A stretch of 64,000 bases of DNA from Podarcis gaigeae (taxonomy: Eukaryota): the NCBI GenBank assembly GCA_964106915.2, contig OZ066920.1. One strand, 5' to 3'. The first letter of the stretch is position 1. The number at the start of each line of letters is the position of its first letter. Below are positions 35,775 through 49,307 of the stretch, piece by piece. The translations under genes were made by a program, and so were the position numbers. The notes under the pieces were generated by a model. The model was not told the origin of the DNA. It worked only from the letters and a program-made list of their open reading frames with translations, and searched no databases.

Positions 35775-36199
35775 CTGTTACAAAGGAAAGAGAATAACAA
35801 TTATAGATTGAGCTATCTAGAGACAGTGCCATTATGTGGGCTTGTACAACTTTCGCAAGCATATTCCCAGTGGCAATGACTTAGAATTTTTGAACTATAG
35901 AGATACAAAGCAATACATTCCCTGCAGACTTCTACAGGAGTCCCATTTTAAAAAATGTTGCAAATACATATATTGCAAATGTTGTAAGAAAAGAAATACG
36001 AGTGCATGAACACTACTGTGTATATATGGCAAGTATATACAAAGCAGGGGATGAGGTAAACTGATTTTTTGGGGGGTTCTGCTGAATTTTTTTCCTGTTG
36101 TACTTTGTAGTTTTGGATGAAGATAGTAAAGCAGCTGTTCCTGATGAATCACACCACAGATATTAAGAAGATAAAGGATTTAGAGGTTTCTGAACTTAC

Positions 36200-36227
36200 C
36201 TTCTTGCAACACTGTGAGCATACAGGC
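36200..36227 (-). CDS. SPIRE1: SPIRE1 28-nt coding exon (FYVE, part 2)
   Basis: PVCSQCCKK; donor AAG|GTAAGT; phases fit the flanking exons. Confidence 0.94.
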
Positions 36228-37226
36228 CTATAAAAGAAAAAGAAAATATGTGACTTACTCAGTTAAATGTAGTAATACTTTTGCAGGACAGCACTGGACA
36301 CATCTCTTCAAAAGTTGTATTGTTCTTTCCTAGTAAAAATGTTTTACGAGCTATGAACTATTTTTGAATTTCACTGGCTTTGGCTTAAATACCAGAACTC
36401 AGGAGGAGGCAAAAAATAAAAACATTGTCATCCAAAGAATCTTGAGCGCATGGCCTGGGTCTTGCCCATCTTCATGTTTCAACTGCAGTCCTGAGCTACA
36501 AAAGTGTTGCCTAATGTTAGGGCATACTATAGCTTAGATGAGAAGTTTAGGGACCTCACAAGCTGCGATTGGCATGTTTCCATAGGCAGTCCTATAGATC
36601 TTAACCATTATCAGGAAATTAGGAATGGAATGTGTGAAAAACCCAAGACTTGACATCAGCACTCTTTTTATTTAATCACATCCTATAAGATTAGATGGCA
36701 AATTTTAAATGACTCTTACGGGAAACTCGCAGGAACATTAAACTTGAGTGGCAATGTTTTCTTATACTTTCATGCAAGCAGTTTGTATTAGTGAGCATGT
36801 ATGTGCAGACCAAGGGGACTAAATATCATTCATCCATTTCCTGCTCTTAAGATATTGATTCTGAGAAACTTGCACAACCATGGCATTTGAGATACGTTGT
36901 TGCAGCATCTTCTCCCTTCTTTGGCAACTTGTTCTTTTTATGTCATTCTACCAACTTTAAATATTAACACTAAATCTGAAAGTGCTTTTATTCTGTCTTA
37001 TGTCCTATCCCGTAATGAGCATTTGATAATCATCCCTAAACATTATCTACAAAAACACAAAAACTTCCTGTTCAAATTCTCCTTTACTCCTAAATACAGT
37101 ACAAATATCACCTTTTTTCCTTCAATTACATACTAAATGTAACACAAAAAGTTAAAAATAAAACAAACAAAATTCTGCTCCAGTGCCTTCACTAGTTATT
37201 GGTTACTATGAAAACCAAAGGCTTAC

Positions 37227-37297
37227 CTTTTACAAAACTGACAGGTATAGGACCAGGTGAAGAAAGAAAACCTCCTTGTTCGGCAACAAAAACAGAG
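37227..37297 (-). CDS. SPIRE1: SPIRE1 coding exon (modified FYVE zinc finger, part 1)
   Basis: 71 nt, LCFCCRTRRFSFFTWSYTCQFCK(R). Confidence 0.96.
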
Positions 37298-38286
37298 CTA
37301 TATAAATTGAGAAGAGCCCATAGCATTAGTAGGTCTTTCTAGAAAATCAATTTACTAACATCTAAAAAATATCAGTAAAGATCAAGGGTAGAAATTGATG
37401 TCACACTATTACGAATGTTCTGTCTGCACAAGTATATCAGCTTGGCAAATGGAACAATCCCTGACCCTGCAGAGTCAATTTCCGGGAGCATGCAGTGGGG
37501 GAAACCCAACTGCACAAGCAGAAGCCCTTGCACAGGACTTATGGAGTTTATGAAGAGCAGCACAACTCCCTCCACTTTTTATCTCCCTTGCAACCAGCTG
37601 TTCAACCTCAAAATGTGCTTTAGAGAGTTGGGAAAGATTCTGGAACAGATCTGGGTGTCAGGCAAGGAGGAGAAGAAGTTTGCAGCCCAATACATCCAAA
37701 GTGTAAAGTTAACCAGCCACCTTATAGATTAAATCAGTGCAATTAAATTTGTGAAATGTTTTCATAGTCCTTTACTTAATCTAGAAGAAAGCACTCAATC
37801 AGTACTCTGACAACACAATCCTAAAAGCATTCTTACTCAGAAAGAAGTTCCAAAGAGTTCAGTAAGAACTGACTGAAGCATTTCCACCATTCTCAAATGA
37901 CTAGAATTACATGCAACTCAACAACTCAAAGAAATGTATGGTTTTATGGTACTATTCTTGACTTTATCCAATATAGCACTAAGTAAGTGTACTGTTAGCT
38001 CAAAAACATACACTTATGTAATGGGACTTTCCTTCCTTCCCAAATCTGCTTTGGAGGGTTGGGGGAAAACCCATAACATATTTAGGGGATGTGCAAGGGG
38101 AAAAGGTGAGAAAATCCTATTGCAAAAGAATAAATCCTTGAGCTGAGGGTGGGGGAAGATTACTTAACATGACATTGGATGCAGGCCTTAATTTGTTAAT
38201 TTCAGGAGCTCTAATAACATTTAGCTGAATTTCTTCTTCATCATTCACTCCCAGTTCTCTGGGAAAATCAGCATAAGCATCCTTAC

Positions 38287-38424
38287 CTTTCCTTTCTTGA
38301 GGGCAGTATAGACATCTTTATACTGCTGGTACTTCTCTAGCTCGGCCTTCACTAGCACTTGACGGATGTGCATTACTTCTTCCACTGTAAGAGCCAGGCA
38401 TTCCACTGGGTAACAAAATTCCTC
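38287..38424 (-). CDS. SPIRE1: SPIRE1 coding exon (Spir-box)
   Basis: 138 nt, [46 protein letters not shown]. Confidence 0.97.
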
Positions 38425-41400
38425 CTGAAAGCCAAAAGGTTCTATTTTAAATATGTATCTCACAGAATTTCATAGCCAGCAGCCTAGAGAGCCAGTCACC
38501 TGGTTAGTAATTTGAGGAGAGAAAAGATTTCACCACCCAAACCAGAAGTGTATATCTGGTCCAGAGGCATCACATGTTTCCAGAAGGCTAAGAGTTTGGA
38601 ATTTGCAACCAAAGGGGTCTAATGCTCACTAAAAACATATTGTCATTTATTAAGCCAATCACTGTATCATGAACCTCACATTATAGATGTGTGTTCTGAT
38701 GCAGAAAAATGCAAAATAATGTTGCCTGCCACTGAAAACACAGGTGCATATTTTCACTGAAATGTCTGACACTCTGTGATGCCTAGAACAGACCGAGAAA
38801 TGGTTAGTAGTCCAATCCCAAAGAAAACTTTATTCTGTGGTATCATATGTAGGTAACATAGTATTCTAAATATCCAGTACAGTTAACATTACACACAGGT
38901 TATATTGTTCCCGTATAATGTTACACAATCAGTTTAAACTTCTTACAGTTACATACAGTGATATTTGTGACGCAAATATAGTATTGCTTTCTGACACTAA
39001 AACTCCCTAGCAAATTGATGCTAAGCTGAATACACATTCAGCACTGATGGTACCACAGGATAAAACACCAATTCCCAATTATTTGTAATTGATTAAATAA
39101 ATCTAGCTAAAAGACAGAAATTATTTGCACATCCCACTATGTTGTGCTTTCTAACAGGGCACAGTAAGTCTTGCAACATGGCATGTTGACCCTACTGGTT
39201 TGTACAAGGGCCACCAGTCGTCTATGGTGTGGAGCTAGGACTTTAGCCTAGATCCAACTCCAACATTATCAGCTGTCAGAAACAATGGCAGGAAATTTCC
39301 ATAAGCATAGAAGCATAATACTGCACATTTGGAAATCCAATTTGCAAACCAAATATGCAATTAAGATCAGCTGCAAGTTATTTAATTTTACAGTCTAAAG
39401 ATTTTCTGTCTTTTCGGAAGAAAAAAAATCAATTATGATGTGTACCAGATAAAAATGTGCATTTAGGAGCCACCATATATATATATTAAAAACTGCAGTC
39501 TTACCAATCTAGAAATGGAATACACACAGAAACTTCGTCTTGCTTAAGGTGCCCACAAAGGTCTATAAACTGAGTGAAATTTGCCTTTGTAATCATTACT
39601 TTCTTGGTATTGTTGAAGATGCCATTTTTCTGAAGAGCCAAAATTTAATACAGCTTGCTTTGAAGGATACTTTGCTTCAAAGCAAAGTCAAATGTGTTTC
39701 ATAACCAACACATTTCAGAAAACAATTATGCTTTCTAATGTGTTTCCAATGCTAGGTAAAGACCTTTTATTTCCCAAGCTTTTTAAATTAAAAAACACAC
39801 ACCCTTTTATTGATCTGTTTTATTTTGGATACTGTTTTTAAAGAGTTTTTGTTTCTAGTTTTTAAATGCATTAGTTATTTAAGGCTTTTAATATTTTATT
39901 ATAAGGTCTTGGGTTGGATCTTGAGTTGCTTTCAACGAATAGAAAGACTCCTCCTATTCACAGAATGGATTGCAATCCAAAAAGAGCAAATAAGAATAGG
40001 TGGCTTTTGCCTGTTTCCCCTTCCAATCCCTTACCACACTGCCTTTGAGGCCTTCAGGCCCCCAGGAGGGATGTAGGGCTAAGGGAGAATAAACAAAAAA
40101 TACTTATTTCCATTTCTTCAAGTGAGTGGAGTTCTGTTCTTCAGAACTCTGGATCAAAGCCATTGTATCTGATTGGCAGGGAATCTATCAAAATAAATAG
40201 TGATAGAGGATGACCCAAGGCCTTGCTTCATGTTCCAACACCAGGAGAGACACATTTTGTTGCAATTGTGACAGGGCTTTTCAGTTGGGGTACCGGATTG
40301 TGCAGCTGCCTCTTCCCAAAAAGATTTGATTAGCCTATTCAGCGATGATTGTTAGGTGGGTGGTTAAGATTTACTTTATTTTGGAAGGCTTTTGATTAGT
40401 TTTTAATTCATTCCTGCCTGTGGATTTGTTCTGTTAACTTGTTTTAAGACTCTTGGCTTTCATAACATTGTCTAAGTGGTATCAATGTTGTAAATTGCCT
40501 TGACTGAACCTTTCAGGACTGAAATCTATAGTGTATCCAGTTGTGTCTCCCTGCTGACAGAAGTGACAGAAGGCACTTTGATCCAGCAAAGGCTTCATTA
40601 GCTGAACAGTGGGCAATCTGCAGCCCCCTCCAAATCTGATCAAGAGGGTTTGGAGACCTTTTGGCAGATGAGTGTATGGACCAGCAGGAGAAAGGGAGAA
40701 TTTGCCAAAACCACCTCCCCACCTTTCATCAGCAGAGAGGCACAACTGTATACAATTCATAAAATATCAAGTAGAGGAAAGTGGTTCAGTTTTTAATGCA
40801 AAAGGGATGCATGCGTGGCGGTACTAAATCCCCTCCCACCTGTGGTTGACCTCCATGCAGTAGTTATGTCCCCTACCCCCAAGAACATTTCTTCTGAGCA
40901 TATCTATTTCCCTCCTTTTAACAGCAGACTAACACCATATCAATATACTGACTATACCCCAATGTTTCAAGAGAAGTCCATGATGCCGCATTGGGATGAG
41001 GAACACAAAGCCAAAATCTAATTGGACATGCAGAACTGAACCATTACTCTGAGCTGGATGGCTTTTGAAAGCTAGTCCACCATATTCAATGAGAATTTGT
41101 ATACTACATCATTATTATATTTATCTCTGCCACCCCCTCATCACAAGGCAGCTTAGGCTGAGAGCATGTGCCCAGTCCAAGGATAGCCAGTGAGTGTCAG
41201 GGTTAAGTAGACTTTTGTCCAAGTCTCCTAGTTTACTACTATTAGGACAACACTATTTATTGTGCTAAAATTTCTTCTATTTAAGTATGCTTAGGATTAC
41301 ACCAAAGTGATACACATACCATTTCAGAGAATGAGAGAGAAAAATTCAAGTTTGGAAATGTGTGCACCATACAGACACACTCACTAGAACGCCAGTATAG

Positions 41401-44400
41401 ACCACAACCTCAACCTTTTCTGCTTTGTAATACATGGCATAGCCTTTTAAAAGATTTCAGTTCTAATAGTATTTGCTTAAATTCTTCCCTTAGCTATCTT
41501 TACTGACTGCAACCAATTAAAATAGCACTTAGGACCCATTACTACCAGCTACACTGGAGTTCTGTAATAGCTTTATTTGTACAACTAATAAGTGAAAATG
41601 TGAACTATGCTATGTTTCTTAAGGATTTTTTCTTTAATATGCTCTATTGTTCTCCACTACAGAAGATAAAGAAAATATTTTTCCATTAAAAAAATAATCT
41701 ATGTACAACTACAGATATGAGCAAAAAAATAATAATTTTGGTCTAAATGCTTTTTTTGTATTTTCAAGAAGTTAAAACAAGGACAACCAAACTGCAATGC
41801 AACATTAAAACAAATGATAGAGATACTGAGTTCTTATGGGAATATATTTTGAGATGTTGTAATGAGATTACGTATCAGCTAATATCCTTTTAATGAAAGC
41901 AAGTCATTGAGCAGTCCAATTGAAGTTTATTGAAAGAGGCATTTGGCGTTTCCAGTTCCATACAAAATCCATTCCACTATCATGAGTACATGTAAATGAG
42001 TGTACAACATTGTCTAATATCTTTTTATTTTTAAGATTTTTAAAATGAAAATAATGAAAATCCACTATTTGCTGGATTTGAACACATGTTAATATTGAAT
42101 AAACTTGATATAGCAGAAGCACAAGCAATCATGAGTTCAAAATGACAAGCATGTCTGCCTGCATTCCCAGAACCTGGGAACCAGAAGGTCAGTTATGTAA
42201 ATTCTGATGTTTATCTGAAAAGGACCACAAAGTCTTTAGTGCTTGAAGGAGGTTTTTCATCATGTGAGTCTCAGTATGTCTTGACTGTATCACTCTGCGT
42301 GTCTCTAATAATATTGGCCAGGATCCAAACAACAAGGGAATTACTCCCATGATCTCAAAAACTCTACTGGACTTGTGTCCCCGCCCCAACAGTCCCCCCC
42401 CCCTTTTTGTATGGCAAACTGTTTTTGAAACTGAAAGGAGCTTCAAAATCATGATAGGACTTGGGAGGTCAGATATGGGGGTGGGGCAGGGAATGATGGA
42501 CAAAAGATCTATTTAGATCCAAGCAATTTAATTTCCATCTTATGTTAATTGTACCCAACAGGCTGTAAAACGTGACTGTGATTCATCACCATGTATTTAA
42601 AATAGTTGCTAAAATATACTTGTAATGCCTTTTCCGCAATCCTCATTAAAATGCATGGGAGACGCACTGAGCATTGTTATGCCTTTTCATTTTTCCTAAG
42701 GAGAAATTTCTCTGGTTTGTGCCTAGCAACTTCCCCACAAATAATTAAATATCTATAGTACTGTTGTTTTTATGAAAGTTTAACTTTCGTTTCTAAATAT
42801 GTACTGAATCCATTTTTTTATTGAACATGACAAACAGTTTCAGTATGGAATAGTTTAAGAGTGCTTCTAACTGGGCTCAGCGTTGTAAATGAGTCATTCA
42901 GATTTCACATATGGCTTCACTGGCAATGGGTGTTTTTTAAAAATTAATTTATTGCATTTTCTGTGGAAAGGGTCTAATTACATGGCAAAAAACAAAGGCT
43001 GGTGTTTTGATGCTAATGACACTGTGTGATCACTGCAGAAAAAACTTGCAGTCTCCTAATAAACACCCATCTGGAAGCACCTTTTATGATCAGGGATTTT
43101 TTTAGGGGTGGGTAGCTCATAACCCAGCCTCATGGAGCTGTTGCTAGAAGTATCTCAGAATCCAAAGTGAGGGAAATCCATTCAGTTCCACTCTATATTC
43201 TAATCTGGGGTGTGTTCATACTACCCCTTACTCTGCATCCAGTGCGCCCACACTGCTAATTTTTGAAATCACATTCACATGTTGTTAGCCACAATCCTTA
43301 CCAATCCTGTGGTTTCTTGACAAGTATTGCTGAGGTTTCATGAGGCTTTTCCCTCCTCAAACCAGATTCAATCTGATTAGAAAACTGGATGCTGAGTAGG
43401 CAGGAACGTGAACATAGCCTAACAGTGGTTGTTCAGGTGTGGATGACAGCTTCAGGAACAAGGGTTCCAGGGGGGTTGCATGGCAAAAATGCCATGTGCA
43501 TCAGTTGAAGACATCCCTGGCCCCTCACTAATGTGGAAAACTCTGTGCAAATAAGACTTGAAACACAGCAGAGAAAAATGAACTTGCTGTGTTTCAAGCC
43601 ACTAATATGAGTGAACCCACAGGCTGCTGCTAGTCTCGCTTCCACTTGGCTGAGACAGAAGGTCAGGGTACTTGCTGATGCAATTCTGTTTATAGTTCTT
43701 CCTGCACCAGAAACAATTTAACTAGCTTTGGGGTTTTACTAGTAGGATGGAGCCTTGAAGCTAATAGCACTGCTTTCATGGTGGAAATGGCTCATTCGAC
43801 TGGACTGAAAGTGTCCCATATATATCTTGCGCTCTTATATTGCTACTTATCAAAAACTAATAAAGGAGTAACTTTAATCAGGTAAAATATAGTAAATATT
43901 GATAGATTGGTAGAGAAAGGAAACCTACATTGTATATATTCTGCAATTCAATGTTACTGTAACAAATATATTAAAATTTCCCTCAGATGTCCTTACACAA
44001 ATCCTCAGAATCCAATATGCTTCTTAAAGCTACTTGATTTATAAACACTGTTTTGTGATTATATTTGCTTGCTGAGTTGGCACACACAAAGAGAGAAATA
44101 ATGTATAAATATCAGAATTTGGGCAAAACTGGACATCTTTGCTTTCAGATAAGTGGTTTTAAAACAATTTTTTAATTCTTCTGAACTGGCTTTCCACTGC
44201 TTTCTATTTTTATTTTTTTTTAATTCTACTGATTTAAGATTATGACAATTCCTTCCCTAATAATCTTGTGATGTTGCATTTTTAGTTTGCTGTCCTTTCA
44301 TAAGTGATTTCTGTTCCCCAGCAAATTGATTAGAGAATCTACACATGCACAGAAAAGACTACAGATGTTGAAATCAACTTGAATCAGAATCCAGTGACAA

Positions 44401-44500
44401 TCTAGGCTGTTAATTCTTGTCATAGCTTTGAAAGCTCTCCCCTTTTTGAGGGGAGAAAAAGATGGCTAAGAAAGTATATAGGCAGCAGTGCAAGGCAAAC

Positions 44501-44674
44501 CTTTGAGAGTGTCCACTTGTTGTTAAAAGCTCTCTCACAAAGATAATATATAGTCCTTGCCACCCCAAATAAGGCTGCTTCAAAGGGATGGGAGCTAAGC
44601 TGAGAGGCTGTATGTATGGCTGGGAAAAGTGTTTTGAGCGTCATCCTTGGAAATAAACCTGTTATCCTGGGAAC
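44501..44674 (-). CDS. SPIRE1: SPIRE1 alternative exon C / exon 13 (mitochondria-targeting Spire1C exon)
   Basis: 174 nt = 58 aa, phase 0-0: VPRITGLFPRMTLKTLFPAIHTASQLSSHPFEAALFGVARTIYYLCERAFNNKWTLSK. Matches mammalian exon C (VPRIT...LSSHPFEAAMFGVAGAMYYLCERAF) in length and position. Confidence 0.9.
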
Positions 44675-47600
44675 CTGAACAACAGACAGGAAGGAGAAAA
44701 GGGAATGCTGAACACAAGCAACAATTTTACCCGTGCTTCTGATTATGTAACTCTAGCTCAAGTATTAATTTCCTTAGCATACTAGCAAGCCAGTTTAATG
44801 AAAGTGTAGCTAGTATGTGAAATAGGACGAGTGCCCTTCTAATCCTGCTGAAAAAACAGGCAATTTTCTGTTCACCGGAAATGATGGGGTTTCTTTCACC
44901 TTGGGAGACCAACTGCCATCATTGGAGCAGAAGATAAGCCATGAAATTTCATCAATCCTGGGGGAAGGGATGAAGAAGTTTGCCATTAAATTTAAAGTAG
45001 GTAACATCTTGAGCTTACTTATGTCTCTTCCTTCATATTTTGAGCCTGTCCAGTAATGGAATTGCATCCCTAAAGCCATATGATAATTTGAAGTAGCTGC
45101 TTAAATTTCTACAGTTTTTTAATTGAAAAAATGGTTATGAAATGTCAGGTATCACCCCTAGGAGGCACTATCACACAATACAAATACATTTATCACGAAC
45201 AAAACACCATAATAATCTATCTTTTCTCACATCGTCTTTTAAAATAGCATGACTGGGCCACATTTGTTTACAAAAATGTATGAAGTGTGCATAAGGCTAC
45301 AAGTATTAACACAGAACTATATTTCATTGCCAATATATGTGATGCTTTCTGATACTACAGAAATTATTGCAGCCATTCTTATGTTATGTTAGGCATATTA
45401 AATGGACATGAACTTTCAAATTCTCTTTCTCTCAGCAAAATAATGAACCAAGGAGAAAACTATTCTATGGCATGAATAAACCTTATAACATTTGTGCGTA
45501 CTACTTCAAATCCAGTTCCATCAAGGAATTTCTTTGACATTTGATTAAGTAAACTATACATTTTCTGGATTAGTTAATGGTTGAAACACTGGGATGCAGA
45601 TGCACCAGAGACATACACTCTGCAAATCTAAAGGAACTGCCTTCTCTGTATGTATCACTTCCATGCACTCTTTTCAATATCACACACAAACATTTCCTCA
45701 GAACAGAGTGCTTTCTGTTGTGGCACACTGTGAAATGTTCTCTTTTAAGAAATTCCATCAAGCCAAGAACTTAAATGGGTAAAGGCCACTCTAAATAAGA
45801 TTCTGAGCTAAACTGAAATTTGGATTTTTATTTTGTTTTCTTTGATTTGGCCAATTGCTATCAATTTATACTTTTTATTGATAATTTTGTGGGGTTTTTT
45901 TTGCTTTGGCTACTTTGGCTTTTTCATTTTGCTATGTTGTTGTTTTAATGATATGTTGTAGCCGCCTTTAGTTGTTTTACAAGTAAGGCGGAATACAAAA
46001 TTTTAAAATAAAAAAATAATGATGAATACTTACAAGAAGCCTTCTTATTCTCATAAGGCCAAACAAGAACAGAAATAGGGGGTGCTCCTTTTGATAGTAC
46101 AAGATATAAAATATTAGATTGTTATTCAGAAATATTTGTAGATGTAAAGTTCTCCATCTAAATTTTGTTTTTCGTATCTGCTGTAATTTTATCAACAGAT
46201 ATTATATTCACAGTTCTTGCTCCCATCTTACCTTAGATCTCAAGAACTAAACACAGCTGCCAAAGAACATCTTTCTTCCACAGATAGAGCTCTAAAAGTG
46301 AAACCCAGCTAGTACCTGATATCAGCTGACAGTAATGTAAAAAGGCAATAAATTTGATTCTTTTGTGCCTTTTTATTTAAAAAAGAGAGCATAAAAGGTC
46401 CCTATAAATGAATAGTAAAAATACTTAAAGAAGACAATCAATAAAGCTTTCAGATTATTTTATAAAAGGATGGATGAGCTGGGAAGTGTTTCAAAAGCAC
46501 AAAAAATAAACTCCAATTTTGTACAGGATCAGAATAATGTTAATCAGAAACGGCAATCAATTAAATACTCCCAAACAATCCCCCCCCCCCCCCGTGTAGA
46601 TATGTGGCTGTGATAGGCCTCAGTGGAAACAAACATTTTTGTACCACATAAAAAAGCCAGATTTTCTGTATGTTGATTACTTCCCTCAGTCATACTTCAA
46701 ACAAACTCTCTCTTATGTGTAAAACAATTACTCTCTTTAGCTAACTCTTCAAAAAATAATACTTTTTGTGTTGTACTCTGCATGCTGCACTAACAAATAA
46801 GCTTAAGGTTATTGAAATTCCATTTACCTAGCATCATAAGATGTACTCAAGTTAGAATCATATGACAACAAACTGTTTGATTTCTTCTTGGGGAATAGAC
46901 TGTGCCCTCTACATTAGTGAAGTATATTATTTAATACAAGTTAACCTCAGCACCTTGAAGAGTTGGCATCCAAATCATGGCCTCTTGAGCCAAGGAGGAA
47001 TAAGAAGGGCTCTCTTCAAGTTAAGCAATGCAAATAAATTTACTTGAAGAGCTTGAAAGTGCCCCCTGTTCTCTCAAAAACTTATTTCAGTCTTCCTCAG
47101 TTCTAAGGGACACTCTTGGGCCCTTCTGGCAAGGAACAAGAGACTAAAAAGTGAACTTGGAACTCTCATATGAAATCCAAGTTATTTAAGGCACAGTGCC
47201 AGCCCCAAAGCAGGCATTTTGTTCCTCCATCACACTTACGTGCTGTCAGAAAATTGCTTTCAATTAAAGCCAATTGGCTAATCTGTTGTACTTTGTTTTC
47301 AAGAAAAAATTAAAAAATTGTCCTCAATGGATTCTTATATTGCCATGCGATCACATCTGCTCTGGGCTTTTAAAATCAAACTAACGTGAGAGAGGGGAAA
47401 ATATCAACCTTCTTGTTATTTAGAAACATAATAATTTTGTCAGCGTATTTAAATAAAAATGTCATCAACGCTTAAGCACAACATTCAAAACTTGAATCAG
47501 AAAGTTCAGAGTTTTCTCCTGGAGTTTCCGATCAGTTTACAGTGGATGAAGCTCAAGTGCTGATTCAAATTCTCACACAGTTCAAGGTAGTATTACATCT

Positions 47601-47698
47601 GGGTTTCAACACAGCATTTCATTATCCTCTCATTGTTGTGGAGCTGTTGTGTCTTTACCCATCAACCAGTGTCGAAAATTATCTACCACGCTACTTAC

Positions 47699-47841
47699 AA
47701 GTGATCTGGAGCTCTGCTTTGTAGGTGGCAGGAACTGTCGAACATTGGTTGGTGTTTCCTTTTCAATGGAATGTCGCCTCTGAGGTGGCTGTCTCCTCTC
47801 TGGCTGTGGTGTGGATGATATTGGCAAGAATTTCGGAGGCA
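47699..47841 (-). CDS. SPIRE1: SPIRE1 coding exon
   Basis: 143 nt, [47 protein letters not shown]; donor CTT|GTAAGT. Confidence 0.96.
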
Positions 47842-49216
47842 CTATAAATTCAATTAGCATCAATTAGTTCTAAGTAACAGTTTACTTTGCTAATAATCAG
47901 ACATTTTCTTTTAAGAACAGGACCAATGACATCAAAGGAACCCAATCCTATTGTTCTACTCAGACTGTGGTGATGCTTTAATAAGTGGAACTGCATCAAG
48001 TGTTGAACACAATTTTCAGTGTATTTATTATGGTGGTAAATTTATAAAAACGATTCCAAGTCAGCTTCCAAGCCAAAATCTAATAAAATTCTTCTATATT
48101 TATTTTAACACCTTCACGGGAAGATAACAAAAATGTGAGCTAAGGTTTCTTTATAAACCACATACCTTTGTGTGAAATCAAGCCAGAGTGAGGCTAAACT
48201 ATTTCCCCAACAATTCAGGAGGTTAGTTGACCTAATGATTTAACTCCCTTACTCAATCCACATCTAAACCACTACATTGCAACATTTCTTCACTACATCG
48301 GTGGTTGCTATAAAGATACAGCTTCAAATAATTAACATATGTACAATTGTACAGACTGTTAGCTGTATTTTCTAATATGGCTAAAATGATTTCTTGCTTC
48401 ATTATACCCCATCCCTACAGATTCACATGACTACCAGTGGATTTTGCTACAGCAGGATTCTACAACTAATGAGTAGAAATATTCGGCATTGCTCCCTAGT
48501 AATCACAACCTCATCTGAAAGTGTGAAGAGCTTTTTTAAAAAAAGACCATGGAATTACAAAAGCATAATCCTCCCCTCTCCACAGGCATCACTCTTAATG
48601 TTTTGACCTCAAAAGAGCACATTTGTCGCTACCCCATAAATGAAAGGGCATATACCAACACAGCTGTTTTGATAGAGGTGATACACAAATGTGTTGCTCA
48701 AATACTCCTCATATGGCCAGTACAAATCTATAGAATCACAGGAGGCCATAAGGATTTCAGATGTTCAAGACTTAAAGGTTGATGCAAAGGTTGTCAAGTC
48801 AAATCAAGTAACCTTTATTGGCATCACATAAGAACATTCAGAATACATTCAGAATAGATAGGCCAGTATGATCTCGTCGCCTCCCCAACTGCACAGCAAA
48901 GGTTGTTAATAGATCCTGAAGTATCACACCTGTATTTTCCTTTAGACTGTTCCAGATCAGACTCCCTGGACTCCAGGACTTTCCTTTTTTTGCCAATTAT
49001 TGTTATTTATTTTACAAATTATTTTACCAAATTAATTCAACTTAAAAGAATTTTCTACAACTGGTTTCCTGCTCTCCTTATGAGATATGTCTAAGATAGA
49101 CCCATGTTGCTGTGTAAGTTTCCTTTAACTTAGTGAATTGGGTGTCCCTTGCTGGAGTCATCTGCTCCTAGAAGTTCCTACTGTACTGCACACTTTTTCA
49201 AAGGTTGGATTCTTAC

Positions 49217-49307
49217 CCTTTTTCCCACATATGGTCTCTGGAAATGTATCTTCCATTTGGGAGGGAGAAATACTACTGCTGCTGGGTGATTTCTGTACAT
49301 ACTCCTC
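49217..49307 (-). CDS. SPIRE1: SPIRE1 coding exon
   Basis: 91 nt, EEYVQKSPSSSSISPSQMEDTFPETICGKK; phase 0-1 fits both neighbours; donor G|GTAAGA. Confidence 0.9.
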
